This document shows positions 12,465 through 25,228 of a stretch of DNA of 64,000 nt, in pieces. Source of the DNA: Octopus bimaculoides (taxonomy: Eukaryota); the NCBI RefSeq assembly GCF_001194135.2, contig NC_068995.1, positions 44,562,697 to 44,626,696 on the forward strand, in the 5' to 3' direction. The notes under the pieces were generated by a model. The model worked only from the letters and a program-made list of their open reading frames with translations, made no database searches and was not told where the DNA came from. Positions within the stretch are counted from its first letter, which is position 1. The number at the start of each line of letters is the position of its first letter. Position numbers and translations under genes: made by a program.

Positions 12465-13341
12465 CTACAAATAAACACAAATTCAGACAACAATTAACGT
12501 CTAATTTTTTTACAAAAACAAGTTCTACTTGTTTTGTGTTTTTATTCATTATCATTGTTTTAACAAATCCCATCCAACCCATGGTATTTGTTTGAGGTAA
12601 ATTTTCTACAGCTGGATGCCCTTCCTGTCACCAACCTTGTTTCCAAGCAAGGTAATATTTTCCTCTTGCAGGACATATTTGCATGAAAGATTGGTAAGGA
12701 AGTCTGTATCACAGTGATACACATCTACAACTAACACATGATATCAAAACAAGGAGACACTAATACACATATGTATATAACAAGCTTCTTCCAGTTTCCA
12801 TCAACCAAATCCACTCACAAGGCTTTGGTCAGCTCATGGCTATAGTAGAAGACACTTGTTCAGTGGAAATAAACCTTAAACCATGTGGTTAGGAAACATA
12901 TTTCTTGATTACACAGCCACACTTGTACCTAAAATATGATGTATTTACTTATCTATTAATTTTAGTCTAGATTGTAAGGTTCTACAAATTTTAAATCAGC
13001 CATATCTCGCTCAAATATTCTGTTTTATATTCAAACTGGCCAGATTTAGCCTCTCACACCTACCAAACAGCACCATTCTCAAAATAAGCAATCACATCAT
13101 TGAAATCTTGAAGCCACTATGTAATGCATGATTAATTCCAAACAGTGTGACTGAATAAGCATTACTGAAGTACGATACAAAGAGATAAGGGGTGGGTGCT
13201 GAAAAGTTCCTGGCTTTAAGGATACCACGAAAGGCCCGGTTGAAGGCCCAACCTTCTGAGTTTTTTTTTTTTTTTGAAGGGCTTAGAAAAACTGAACGAC
13301 CACTGTTATAAGTGTGTGAACCCAAGAGGGGNNNNNNNNNN

Positions 13342-13388
<47 letters not shown>

Positions 13389-13417
13389 TGTATTATAGGA
13401 AGACTCGTAGAGAGAAC

Positions 13418-13525
13418 CTTTTTGAAGAATTCTTTAACATCAGCATCATTAATATAATTGTCAGGCATGGAATCGGTAAAAGCCACAGCAGAAATCCTTG
13501 ATAAGAAATCCCTTCTCTGGTTGGC
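13418..13525 (-). CDS. FAM172A: FAM172A exon 9
   Basis: ttcag|, 108 nt: ANQRRDFLSRISAVAFTDSMPDNYINDADVKEFFKK. The donor (gttctc) is weak, so the 3' boundary is less certain. Confidence 0.85.
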
Positions 13526-14893
13526 CTGAAATGACATAAAAGGATCTTGAACAAGACTGAAAGAACATCGACCACCACCCCACTACCCTCATCATCATCA
13601 TCAACTAGACTAAAGGTGTCCCCACCGTCACCACTCCTCTCTTAAAACTCCTCAGTTAAAACACATATGTGCAACAACACAAGTAAAGAATGCATAACTG
13701 CAGTGGTACATGCAACTAAATGAAGGAAAATGAAAATCTGCAATACAAAAAAATTGATTGGAATTTATTTTTGTTCTTTGCAATAGACTTTATTCCTATT
13801 AACATATTTTTACATGAAGAAAAGAAAGAAAAATATATTAAAAGCACATAAGACTGAATTATCGAGGGGAAAAAAAAAAGGACCCATAAATATCTCACCA
13901 AGGAAACAAAGAAAAAGAAAAGTGGGGGAAGGTGGATTAAGCAGGGAAGGGAGTACACCCCAGACCAAATGGCATGTTCAGCCACACCTCATGAATATGA
14001 TTGCAATGGGGGATGGCGAGTGGCATTCGCTGCAGCAACCACAACAATTAGCAGGGTTCATTTCTCAGATGGGCCACAGTTATCCTGATTTTGCAGAGGA
14101 AATCAGCAGTGTGGGGTCTGAGAATACCTGAAAGGACGGCATTTCAAAAGGACTAAGACAGAGGTAGTTTTTTTTTTATCTATGACCCCGTTTCATTACT
14201 TTTATTCTAATGGACCCCCGTAGTCTTTCAATATTTAAAAAAACTAGTTTTATAGAAACTTCTTTCAAAATTACTATTTTGTTCTTCACACATTAACTAC
14301 CAGCATCACCTTACCGGCACTTGTGCTGGTGGCACGTGAACAAAACATTCGAGCAAGGTCGTTGCCAGTGCTGCTGGACTGACTCCTGTGCAGGTGGCAC
14401 GTAAAAAACACCATTTGGGCGTGGCTGTTGCCAGTACCGCTGGACTGGCCCTCATGCCAGTGGCACGTAAAAGCACCCACTACACTCTCGGAGTGGTTGG
14501 CGTTAGGAAGGGCATGCAGCTGTAGAAACTCTGCCAGATCAGATTGGAGCCTGGTGNNNNNNNNNNTGTAGAAACTCTGCCAGATCAGATTGGAGCCTGG
14601 TGCAGCCATCTGGTTCGCCAGTCCTCAGTCAAATCGTCCAACCCATGCTAGCATGGAAAGCGGACGTTAAACGACGATAACTTTGTGTAGGCTGAACTAT
14701 GTAAAACATAAGAGATTCTATTATTTTATCCCAGGGTCACTTTGACAGCATGCACTGCTCTTGACATAATAATAATAATAATCATAGTTTCAAATGTAAA
14801 GATGGACGAAATACTGCTAAGCATTTTGCCCAGCGTGTTAACAATTGACAACTCTTTAATAAGAATAATAATATAGAAGTTACAATTACTCAC

Positions 14894-15013
14894 CAATTTG
14901 GCAGTTGCCACTCCACCGTAACTGTGACAGATGAAAGCAATATGTTTCGCTTTCGCTGGCACCACAAAGTTATCCCACACATATAACAGGTGTTCTAAAG
15001 CACTACCGTTTCT
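14894..15013 (-). CDS. FAM172A: FAM172A exon 8 (HSYGG alpha/beta-hydrolase-like elbow)
   Basis: gcag|...|gtgag, 120 nt: RNGSALEHLLYVWDNFVVPAKAKHIAFICHSYGGVATAKL. Confidence 0.93.
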
Positions 15014-15055
15014 CTGCAACATCACAGAATAAAAGATATTAAATTAAAGAATTAG

Positions 15056-15445
15056 GCACAGGAGTGGCTGTGTGGTAAGTAGCTTGCATACCAACCACAT
15101 GGTTCCGGGTTCAGTTCCACTGCATGGCACCTTGGGCAAGTGTCTTCTACTATAGCCGCAGGCCGACCAAAGCCTTGTGAGAGGATTTGGTAGACGGAAA
15201 CTCAAAGAAGCCCTTCGTATATATGTATATATATGTATATGCTTGCGTGTCTGTGTTTGTCCCCCCAACATCGCTTGACAACCGATGCTGGTGTGTTTAC
15301 ATCCCTGTAACTTAGCAGTTCAGCAAAAGAGACCGATAGAATAAGTACTAGGCTTACAAAGAACAAGTCCTGTGGTCGATTTCTTCGACTAAAGGCGGTG
15401 CTCCAGCATGGCCGCAGTCAAATGACTGAAACAAGTAAAAGAGTA
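15056..15445 (+). mobile_element. SINE family A, full length
   Basis: Colinear with 11243-11617. Confidence 0.88.
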
Positions 15446-17608
15446 ATTTACAGTTATTCTGAAGCTATTGATTCCTACAACACATCATCATCAGCGATCT
15501 GGTGGCCCTGCATGATGTGTGAACACAGCAAAGAGAGTGGTGTTCCTCATGAAGCACACAAACAGTAGGGGAATAAAACTTGTAGTAGTAGTAGTAGTAG
15601 TAGTAGCAGTAGTAATAGTAGATAAGTATCCACTAAAATCACTGGTAAATGTTTCATCTGTGAGAGCACCACTACAGGCTGCAGTAAAATCTGCACCAGC
15701 AGAATCTGTGAGAGCCAAATGTTGTAGTTGCAGACAACTGTTACACAGGATAGTTCTTCAAGGGCACTTGCTTTATATATATATATATATGTGTGTTGTA
15801 GTGAAAGTGATTGACACCCCTGGTGGATTGGAGAATGGACTAGCCAAACTCTTACAAAGAGTAGAGGTCGGTAGTAGACAGAGAGAACATTTTGGTAGTC
15901 TCGCCAAGTACATCATGTGAACACATTGATTAAACCTCCACCACCTAATTCTATATATGCCAACCTGTGGCAGGATATAAAAATATATATAAATATATAT
16001 ATATGTATATATTTTATTTGTTGCTGGGGCACTACCTCGAGGAATTGACCTGCAGTACTTTTTTTTTTAAAGCCTGCTATTTATCCTATTAAGGGGATGT
16101 AAACACACCAACACTGGTTGCCAAGTGGTGATGGGGTACAAACACAGACCTAAAGATACACATGTACATATATGACCAGCTTTTTTCAGTTTCCATCTAC
16201 CAAGTCTACTCACAAGGCTTTGGTCAGCTTGACGCTTATAGTAGAAGGTACTTGCCCAAGGTGCCATGCGGTGGGACTGAACCTGGAACCATGTCTGCAC
16301 CTATTTCACACAACCATGCCTGCTCTACACACACACAACCACCAGACTAATTGTTAACGTTTATTTCATTAAACTACATTTTTGATTCAGTAAAAACATT
16401 AACATCTCCTGTGACATGAACTCATAACATGTATAACACACATTTAGATGACCACATGAACTAATAATTTCTCCTAATTTTTCACACACAAGGCTGACAG
16501 TTTTGAAGGGTGGGAGATGTTGATTACATCAACCCCAGTGCTCAACAGGCTCTCATTTTATCAATCACGAAAGGATGAAAGACAAAATTAACCTTAGTAG
16601 CAAAGCCAGAAAGAAATGCTTCTAAGCATTTTGACTCACATGTTAATGATTCTGCCAGCTCACCACCTTATCACATGAACTAATAATACATGAGAGATTA
16701 CTGGGGTGTGTTAACTAGAGACTGAACTGTGTTAACTGCTGTGAACACACTGAACTATGTTACTACAGTACACAGAAGTATGCATTAACTACGGAATAAA
16801 TAATAACATTTTGATAACAGTAAAATTTTGAGTGTTAACAAAAGTAATTAGTAGTAAGTTAACTATGGAGTACAGGAAGATTTTAACCTTTTCGTTACGA
16901 TTTTTCTGTTAAAATACACCGACTTTGTTTCAATTAATTGTGAAAACAATGAAGAACTTAATAAAATCATCATCACCATCATTGTTCTTTAATGTCCATT
17001 TTCCATGCTAGCATGGGTTGGACGGGTTGACCAGGGTTGGCAACTGGAAAGCTGCACCAGGTTCCAGTCTGATTAAGTTTGATTTCTACAGATGGATGCC
17101 CTTCCTAACACCAACCCCTTTACAGTGTGTGTTGGGTGCTTTTTAATGTGGTACTAGCACAGCACTCATGCAGGTAAATCCTCTTCACCAGGGGAAGCAA
17201 CCTTAACACTTCTGCTGTAGAGGACGGGTCTTTTTGAGTATAGGAAGGCGCCATATATCTCGGTCTTTTGTCATCTCCTCCAAAAAGTTCAGTGTCCTGA
17301 GGTTATTATTAAGGTGGTGTTTGGAGCAAATTAACACAACGTTTTGATGGAAGGTTTTAATTAAGATCAATTTACAACAGGGAGATTGCAACATGGAGTT
17401 TGGTATCAAAAGGGTTAATCACTGCACCTGCACTCACACACAAGCACCCAACACCTTCCAACCCCTAATTCCTGTCACCCCTATCCCACTCACACCTCCA
17501 TGCATCTCCCCACAACGCACACATACGCAAGATGGCCACACACACATTGTTAACCTCAGTAAGCATAAAAGCAAACTAACAAACAAACAAAACTAGCAGA
17601 TGTCTCAC

Positions 17609-17741
17609 CCTGATTTTATTTCCAGTTTTTTTACTTCTGTTTAAGTTCGTATTTAAGACGAGAACAGCAAAACTGGATTGGACAGCTCTTTTGATGAATG
17701 GCATTTGTGAACCACTGTCTAAGCAGTCATTGATGAGGAGT
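17609..17741 (-). CDS. FAM172A: FAM172A exon 7
   Basis: ctag|...|gtgag, 133 nt: (R)LLINDCLDSGSQMPFIKRAVQSSFAVLVLNTNLNRSKKTGNKIR. Confidence 0.93.
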
Positions 17742-19408
17742 CTAGCAAAGAGAAAGTTACATGGTTCATTGTAACAGATTCTATGAGTGTTACAGAATAT
17801 GGTTCCAATAATGGTTAGAAACATTAATCCCTAAAATCAAGGAATATTGTTGAATGGATCTAAAAGGTCTTGCAACATTGACTTCAACTCAATTCACTTT
17901 ACACCATTTATGTCTCTGAGAATCAAAGACAATAAGACTAATTCCTCATTGATCGATATCACTGAGGTAATACCAATATTTGATGGCAGTCAGATCATTC
18001 TTCTGTAGGGCCTCCATTGACCAAGGTTGATTATGCGGTTGCACATGTGAAGGCCAAAGTAATATTATTTGCCAGTAATACTGAGTTGCCCATTAACAAA
18101 AAGTCTTCCCTCTCCATGCAGCTAATGTGTATTGAAAGAAAAGGCCACCAACTTCAGTTGATACTGTTTGCCACAGGGATCATTGCGGTATACACTGTCA
18201 CAATACAATGAGCTGGAGCTGATACCGCATAGCAACTCCCTAACAGTGTCACCAATCCATCATCCCAGATTGGCACATTTCCACACACCCTGAAAGGACG
18301 AAAAGGAAAGTTGACCTCGGAACAATACTGTGAGGTATTCTATCTAACACTCTAATGACTACTAATTAGCTGCTTAACTATTCCTCTAATGTCATGTTTG
18401 TGCTTCAATAACTATAAGCAAGAAAAGGAGACTACCATATTTTACAGTATACAAGGTAAAATTTTTCGGTCCAAAATTTACAACCAATTAAAAAGCAGGT
18501 CATCTTATACACCAAGATTACTCCGAAGGACCAAAAATTCCATCTGGAAATGCAGCAGGATTTGGAAAGCTAGTGACAATATTTCAGTGTTTACACTACA
18601 TGTTTACACTTTATACTATGTTGATTTGTGTGCAGGAAAATATGGTCGGATATATTTTTGGAGGATATTTATTTGTATAAAATACACCATTTTGAGTGTG
18701 GCCGTTGCCAGTACCGCCTGACTGGCCTTCGTAGGATTTTCGAGCAAGATCGTTGCCAGTGCCCCTGGACTCCCTCTTGTGCGGGTGGCACATAAAATAT
18801 ACCATTTTGAGCGTGGCCGTTGCCAGTACCGCCTGACTGGCCTTCGTGCAGGTGACATGTAAAAGCACCCACTACACTCTCTGAGTGGTTGGCGTCAGGA
18901 AGGGCATCCAGCTGTAGAAACTCTGCCAAATCAGATTGGAGCCTGGTGTAGCCATCCGGTTTCACCAGTCCTCAGTCAAATCGTCCAACCCATGCTAGCA
19001 TGGAAAGCGGACATTAAACGATGATGATGAGGACTTCCTTTCTCAAATTGCTGCTAATACTTTCCNNNNNNNNNNGAGCAAGATCGTTGCCAGTGCCCCT
19101 GGACTCCCTCTTGTGCGGGTGGCACATAAAATATACCATTTTGAGCGTGGCCGTTGCCAGTACCGCCTGACTGGCCTTCGTGCAGGTGACATGTAAAAGC
19201 ACCCACTACACTCTCTGAGTGGTTGGCGTCAGGAAGGGCATCCAGCTGTAGAAACTCTGCCAAATCAGATTGGAGCCTGGTGTAGCCATCCGGTTTCACC
19301 AGTCCTCAGTCAAATCGTCCAACCCATGCTAGCATGGAAAGCGGACATTAAACGATGATGATGAGGACTTCCTTTCTCAAATTGCTGCTAATACTTTCCT
19401 TACTTAAG

Positions 19409-19858
19409 ATGGCGAGCTGGCAGAATTGTTAGCATGCCGGACAAAATGCTTAGAAGTATTTCCTCCATCCTTATGTTCCGAGTTCAAATTCCACCAAGGT
19501 CAACTTTGCTATTCATCCATTCGGGGTCAATGAAATAAGTACCAGTGTTACACTGAGAAGGGGGTCAATGTAATCAACTATCCCCTTTGCCCCCAAATTT
19601 CAAGCTTTGTGCCTATAGTAGAAAGGATTATTATCATTAAGGCGGTGAGCTGGCAGAATTGTTAGCATGCCGGACAAAATGCTTAGAGGCATTTCATCCA
19701 TCCTTATGTTCCAAGTTCAAATTTTACCAAGGTCAACTTTGCCTTTCATCCCTTTCAGGGTGGATGAAGTAAGTACCAGTTGAACACTGAGGTGGGTGTA
19801 ATTGTTTAAACCCCACCCTCAAAATTGCTGGCCTTGTGCCAAAATTTGAAACCAATAT
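19409..19858 (+). mobile_element. Two head-to-tail SINE family B copies
   Basis: Two diverged copies (19409-19628 and 19640-19858), each with the GGCG(A/GT)GAGCTGGCAGAA head and the shared core. Confidence 0.82.
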
Positions 19859-20388
19859 TATCTTACTTCTACACAGATTAAACTGCTTTCGCAAACTACT
19901 GTTCCACACTTAACTCCCTTATTACTAAATATTAAAAAAATCGTTTTATACTCAGTAATCTGGTTGGTAATCTAATTTAACAATATACTCAGATAATCCA
20001 GATTGTTTGACCAGGGGGGGTTTAGACAGAGTCCTGACCAAAGACATTCCAGCTACCACCATCCTGTCTTCTTTCACGCAGTTTATCTCAGACTAAATAA
20101 TCCAGCAAGCTTTTACCTGTTTTAGAGTGTGATTTGAGATGTTTAAGACTTATTTCTAGCAAGTCAAATAAATGACCCCATAGCAGTTTGTAGATTGGTT
20201 CATATAGTATTTACAGTGTCATGTTCTGATAGAAATTTTTACATACAGAGATTTGCAACTCTATTCAACCCATACTATATCTGGAGAAACAAGCCACAAG
20301 AATTTGTTTACAAGATCTTTAATCGTAAGAAGTAAGGCTAAGTGAAGAGAAGAAATGGACAAAATAAGACTGATAGAAGGCCACTGAC

Positions 20389-20516
20389 CTACGAGCCCAC
20401 TGACCAGCACGAACGGCCCCAGAACCATGGACTAGCAGCAGTAATTTGTGAGGGTTTGTCAAGGCATCTTTACTTTGGAAAATGAAACTTTGTGGTTCCG
20501 AACCAATTCGGTTAAT
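20389..20516 (-). CDS. FAM172A: FAM172A exon 6 (Arb2 domain)
   Basis: cacag|...|gtcag, 128 nt: [42 protein letters not shown]. The [13 protein letters not shown] motif is diagnostic. Confidence 0.95.
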
Positions 20517-21249
20517 CTGTGAAGACAATAAAATAAAAGAAAAAAAGTTACATTAACAAAACAGACCAAAGCTAAGAAAACACTATTCATTTCAAAGGCA
20601 AACTTTACATTCCAATCACTAACCCTACCCATCAGGTGGCTGAATATTCCACAGACTTGTGATGCAATATGTGAAAAGGCTGGAGGAGCTTGAAATAACT
20701 GGTACAGTTGCAAGGGCTTCTACACAGTTTCCATCTAACCAATTTCACCCACAGATTTTGGGTTACAAAAGGACATTTGCTAAAGATGCAACTAAGTGGA
20801 ATTGAACCTTGTGGCCTCGTGATTACAGAGCAAACTTCTTAACCACTCAACCATGCCTATCCAATACAATACAGCAACACCTCCACACATACACAATTAC
20901 TATAAACTGGAGCCATTGCCACATAAAAAACAACTGTGTCGATGTTGTGTAAATGCACCCATGCTGGTGGTATGTAAAATGCACCCAGTACACTCTGTTA
21001 AGTGGTTGGCTTAGGAAAGGCATCCAGCCATAGAAACAATGCCACAACAGACAATTGGAGTCTGGACAGCTCCATGTCACTGTCTAATCCATGCTAGCAT
21101 GGAAAGCAGACATTAAACGGTGATGATGATGATGATGTCATCAAGCAACAGAGAGAAGAGAAAAAACATAAGGTTCAATATTTTATCACAGTATCAATCA
21201 AATACTGTGATACTGTTATATACCACTAGTCACAATGCACTTCCAATTC

Positions 21250-21540
21250 TGTCTTGATTGCTTAATTAAATCATCTTTGCATCTTCGTGGAGGCCTTTCA
21301 AGTGGCCTTTTCTGATCTCTTGTTTACCACTCAGCAACTGCATGGGTCCACCAGGTGCCTGTGAACCTTGTGATACGATCGGCCAAGTGGAATTTGTGCT
21401 TTTTGGTATTCTATGATTACATCATTCATTCCACTTTGTTCTCGAATTATTCCATTTTGAATTTGCTCTTGTAATGGTATTCTTAGCATGGTTCTTTCCA
21501 TGACCCTTTGTGAAATTAACATATTAGTGGTTGAGTACTC
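21250..21540 (-). mobile_element. RTE-clade LINE ORF2 C-terminal fragment
   Basis: ISQRVMERTMLRIPLQEQIQNGIIREQSG resembles the RTE QR.MER.MLG..L.D...N..IR motif. Confidence 0.7.
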
Positions 21541-22414
21541 CACAGACGTGCTTAGCCTTAACGTAGTTCTCAGGAAGATTCAGCGTGACATAGAATACGA
21601 TAAGGTTGGCCCTTTGAATTACAGGTAAAACTCATTTTGTCAGGTGAGTGGACTAGAGTAACAATAAATAAACTGTTTAATAATGTAAATCAAATTTGGT
21701 CACATGACAAACAGTGACCCACCCCGTGCATAATTCTAATATTCCTTTCTTTTTTTTTTTTTATTTGTTTCAGTCATTTAACTGCGGCCATGCTGGAACA
21801 CCACCTTAAGGAGTTTTAGTTGAACGAATTGACCCAAGACTTATTCTTTGTAAGCCTAGTAATTATCCTATTGGTCTCTTTTACCCAACTGGTAAGTTAT
21901 GGCAACATACACACACCAACATTAGTTGTCAAGCGATGGGGGGGGGGGAGTAACAAACAGACACAAACACACAACCTTCAAACATTGGGCATTTAACCTT
22001 TTAGTGTTTAAACCGGCCATATCTGGCCCAAATATTCTACATGTTTTATATTTGAACTAGCCATATCTAGCCTCTCACACCAAACCCACATTGACATTCT
22101 AAAAATAAATAATCACATCATTGAGATTTCAAAGCAATGAGATAATGCATGATTAATTCAAAACAATTTGAGTGAAAAGGCATCACATTTAACAGAGTAA
22201 TCTGAACATTAAAGGGTTAAACCACTGGCTGGTTTAAATGCTAAAGGGTTAAAGAGAGAAAATGTAAAAGCATGATTTCAAATGTTATAATAAAGGGACA
22301 TGTCTGTGACTAAGTCACTGACCATTCTAACTGTTTGGCAAGTTGGAAAAGTCGACAATGTGGCAAGTTGAAAGGATAACAATTTGACAAAACAATCAGA
22401 GGTTCCATACTTAC

Positions 22415-22480
22415 CGGTACATAGACCTTCTCCAGTTTCATTTCATTTTGTAACATATTGTAGATATGATGAGTGACAGC
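22415..22480 (-). CDS. FAM172A: FAM172A exon 5
   Basis: ttcag|...|gtaag, 66 nt, phase 0/0: AVTHHIYNMLQNEMKLEKVYVP. Confidence 0.9.
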
Positions 22481-22659
22481 CTGAAAGATGATGATGACAA
22501 CAATAGTAATAGTGATGGCAATGGTGAAAGTGGTGGTGATGACGGTAGTTGGTGGTAAAGATGACGATAATAATGATGGTGACATTGCTAATGAGGATGA
22601 CAAAAATAAGGAAACATGGGTATAAATACAACCCTAAATATACAAACTACATAGGAGCA

Positions 22660-22978
22660 CTCCGTCGGTTACAACGAAGGCCCCAGCTGATATGATCAAC
22701 GGAACAGCCTGCTCGTGAAATTAATGTGCAAGTGGCTGAGCACTCCACAGACACGTGTCATGTACCCTTCTTGTAGCTCTCAGGGATATTCAGTGTGACA
22801 CAGAGTGTAACAAGGCTGGTCCTTTGAAATACAGGTATTACTCATTTTTGCCTCTGAGTGGACTGGAGCAACATGAAATAAAGTGTCTTGCTCAAGGACA
22901 CAACGCGTCGCTGGGAATTGAACTCACGACTTTACGATTGTGAGCCGAATGCCCTAACCACTAAGCCACGCGCCTTCA
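22660..22978 (-). mobile_element. SINE with the family D 3' module but a different head/core
   Basis: GGCGCGTGGCTTAGTGG head and GTGTCCTTGAGCAAGACAC core, followed by the family D 3' half. Confidence 0.8.
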
Positions 22979-23007
22979 CACAAACTACATACACACTGTG
23001 GACATAG

Positions 23008-23180
23008 GTGCAGACGTGGCTGTGTGGTAAGAAGTTGTTTGCTTCCTAACCACATGGTTCCGAGTTCAGTCCCCCTGTGTGGCACATTGGGCAAGTGTCT
23101 TCTACTATAGCCTCGAGTTGACCAAAGCCTTGTGAGTGGATTTGGTAGACGGAAACTGAAAGAAGCCCGTCATATATATG

Positions 23181-23215
<35 letters not shown>

Positions 23216-23403
23216 TTGTTCCTCCACCATCGCTTGACAACCGATGCTAGTGTTTACGTCCCCGTAACTTAGCAGTTCGGCAAAAAGAGACCGATAGAAT
23301 AAGTACTAGGCTTACAAAGAATAAGTCCTGGGGTCGATTTGCTCGATTAAAGGCGGTGCTCCAGCATGGCCACAGTCAAATGACTGAAACAAGTAGAAGA
23401 GAG
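23008..23403 (+). mobile_element. SINE family A, full length
   Basis: Colinear with 11243-11617. A partial copy follows at about 23430-23565. Confidence 0.88.
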
Positions 23404-23830
23404 TATATGTTATAAGTGTACATATTTAGACATAGTTGCATGGTAAGAAGCTTGCTTCCAAACCACGTGGTCCTGAGTTCAGTCCCACTGCATGGCACCT
23501 TGGCAAGTGTCTTCTACTATAGCTTTGAGCTGACCAAAGCTTTGAGAATGGATTTGGTAGATGGATTAGTTTAGTTTTATAAAAGGGAGAAGGTTTAACA
23601 TTTGCTTACATATACATACACATAACATAAACATATAATATAAATATATGTATCATATATGTGAAGGGGCATGGCTCAGTGGTTAGACCATAAGTCTCAC
23701 AATCAATGATTAGGTTAATGTCTGCCTCAGATGTCTATCTTGAACTTGACAGCCTCTTTCTCACTCCTGCGTCCACCACCTCTATCAATTCTTCTACCAT
23801 AATGCTAGTACTATTATAATGACTACTTAC

Positions 23831-23928
23831 CTCTCCTAGTTCTTCATAATTCTTCTCGTTATCCCTTCTATTGTTGCTGATGTTAAACTCAAAAGGTCTC
23901 CCAGTTTTAATGTGTCGTAGCTGGCCCT
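23831..23928 (-). CDS. FAM172A: FAM172A exon 4
   Basis: gccag|...|gtaag, 98 nt: (K)GQLRHIKTGRPFEFNISNNRRDNEKNYEELGE. Confidence 0.93.
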
Positions 23929-25138
23929 CTGGCAAATAAAACAAGATTTTAAATTAAAAAAAAACAAAAACAAACAAGAACCTGAAGTTAAGTTGGAACA
24001 AACGAAGCAAATACCATGGTAGATTGTGGCTCAGTGGTTAAGATGCTGAAGTTAAAGAGATAAGCTTCATCAGTTCTTGTTACAGCTGTTACATTGACTG
24101 AGGAAGATACAAGTATCTGCTCACATCCATGTTTCTAGATGAATACTTAAGGTGAGGATCACTTCACTCACCTATCTATAAGTATCATACGGCAGGGGAT
24201 GCAGTACCCTCCCCTGATGCAGAAGTGAGATTCATTTTACAACACTCAATAGGTACCACGAGGAGGTGCAGTACAGTTTGCTGTACATAGTACCAGGGTG
24301 ACATACAGCAGAACTACATGTACTTTAAGGTCACTATTAAAGGCGGTTCTCTATTTACCCGTGAGGATAATTGGTCCCACAAAACACAATAGCCATACTT
24401 CTGTTGTTAGCACCAATAATTAGCCAACACTTATGGTAACTTGGGCCACAGGCTAAGTTCACCTGTTTAACAATCTACCTCTTGGTTCATAAATACATTA
24501 AGTAGACACCACTCAGTTGCAAGCATTTGGTCCAGATCTCTGGTTTTAGAGTGACTTTTCCATTAGATTTCAGACAGATTCAGCACTGAGTTACTGAAGC
24601 ACAAATATTGTTATAGCAAATATTCTACTTAATACCACAGATTTGTTTGTCAGCTGCTTGACCTTAACAACATAAACATGTTCCTTAGTGGTTGACAATA
24701 TGTGCATCTCTGATCATGAGCAAGAGTAGTAGGGGAGCATCGTAGTCAAGTTCTGAGAGGGATTCTTTGGGGCTTGAATGAATGTAACAAAAGCAAAGTT
24801 TGAAGGAAATATTAGCCATTTTTCATACTTTCTAGAGGTAAGCAAATAAGAAATAACAGTTGCTACCCAAGGACAAAAATCGTGTTACACAGTGTAATCT
24901 AGCACTGACTTGTTTTCAAGTGTGAAGGGTAGATTCTATAATGCTTGGGTACAAAGAGTGGCTAAAGACAGATGTTGATTGTGTAAGAAATATGAAGGCC
25001 AGAAAGAAAGGTGTTGAGCATGCTCTGGATGTGTAATATTTAATGTGGATGAATGAAAGGGTACAAATGAGATGAGGGGGAAAGAATGAATGAATGAATG
25101 GGTTGATGGATGACTTTTGTTAACAAATTCTTACTTAC

Positions 25139-25228
25139 TTTCGTTGAAACGATATTTAAAAGACTCCAAAGATTTTCGTTTTATTTTGCTTTTATTATGG
25201 TTCTGGGGAGTTGATATCACATTTGGAT
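25139..25228 (-). CDS. FAM172A: FAM172A exon 3
   Basis: ccaaag|...|gtaag, 90 nt, phase 1/1: (D)PNVISTPQNHNKSKIKRKSLESFKYRFNE. It joins exon 4 to give FNEKGQLRH. Confidence 0.88.

Noticed and set aside
14521-14602. 36-bp duplication around a 10-N gap
   Set aside because: Same assembly-overlap artefact.
15491-15920. ORFs including ALTDS, resembling the FAM172A TDS motif
   Set aside because: Microsatellite-containing, no splice support, and the real TDS exon is 13418-13525.
5393-19299. Recurrent ORFs such as LAEFLQLDALPNANHSESVVGAF
   Set aside because: They are incidental frames within copies of short repeat family C, not a gene family.
18745-19400. Apparent about 320-bp tandem duplication (SINE C plus flank)
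   Set aside because: The two copies appear identical and are separated by a 10-N gap, which is typical of unmerged overlapping contig ends.
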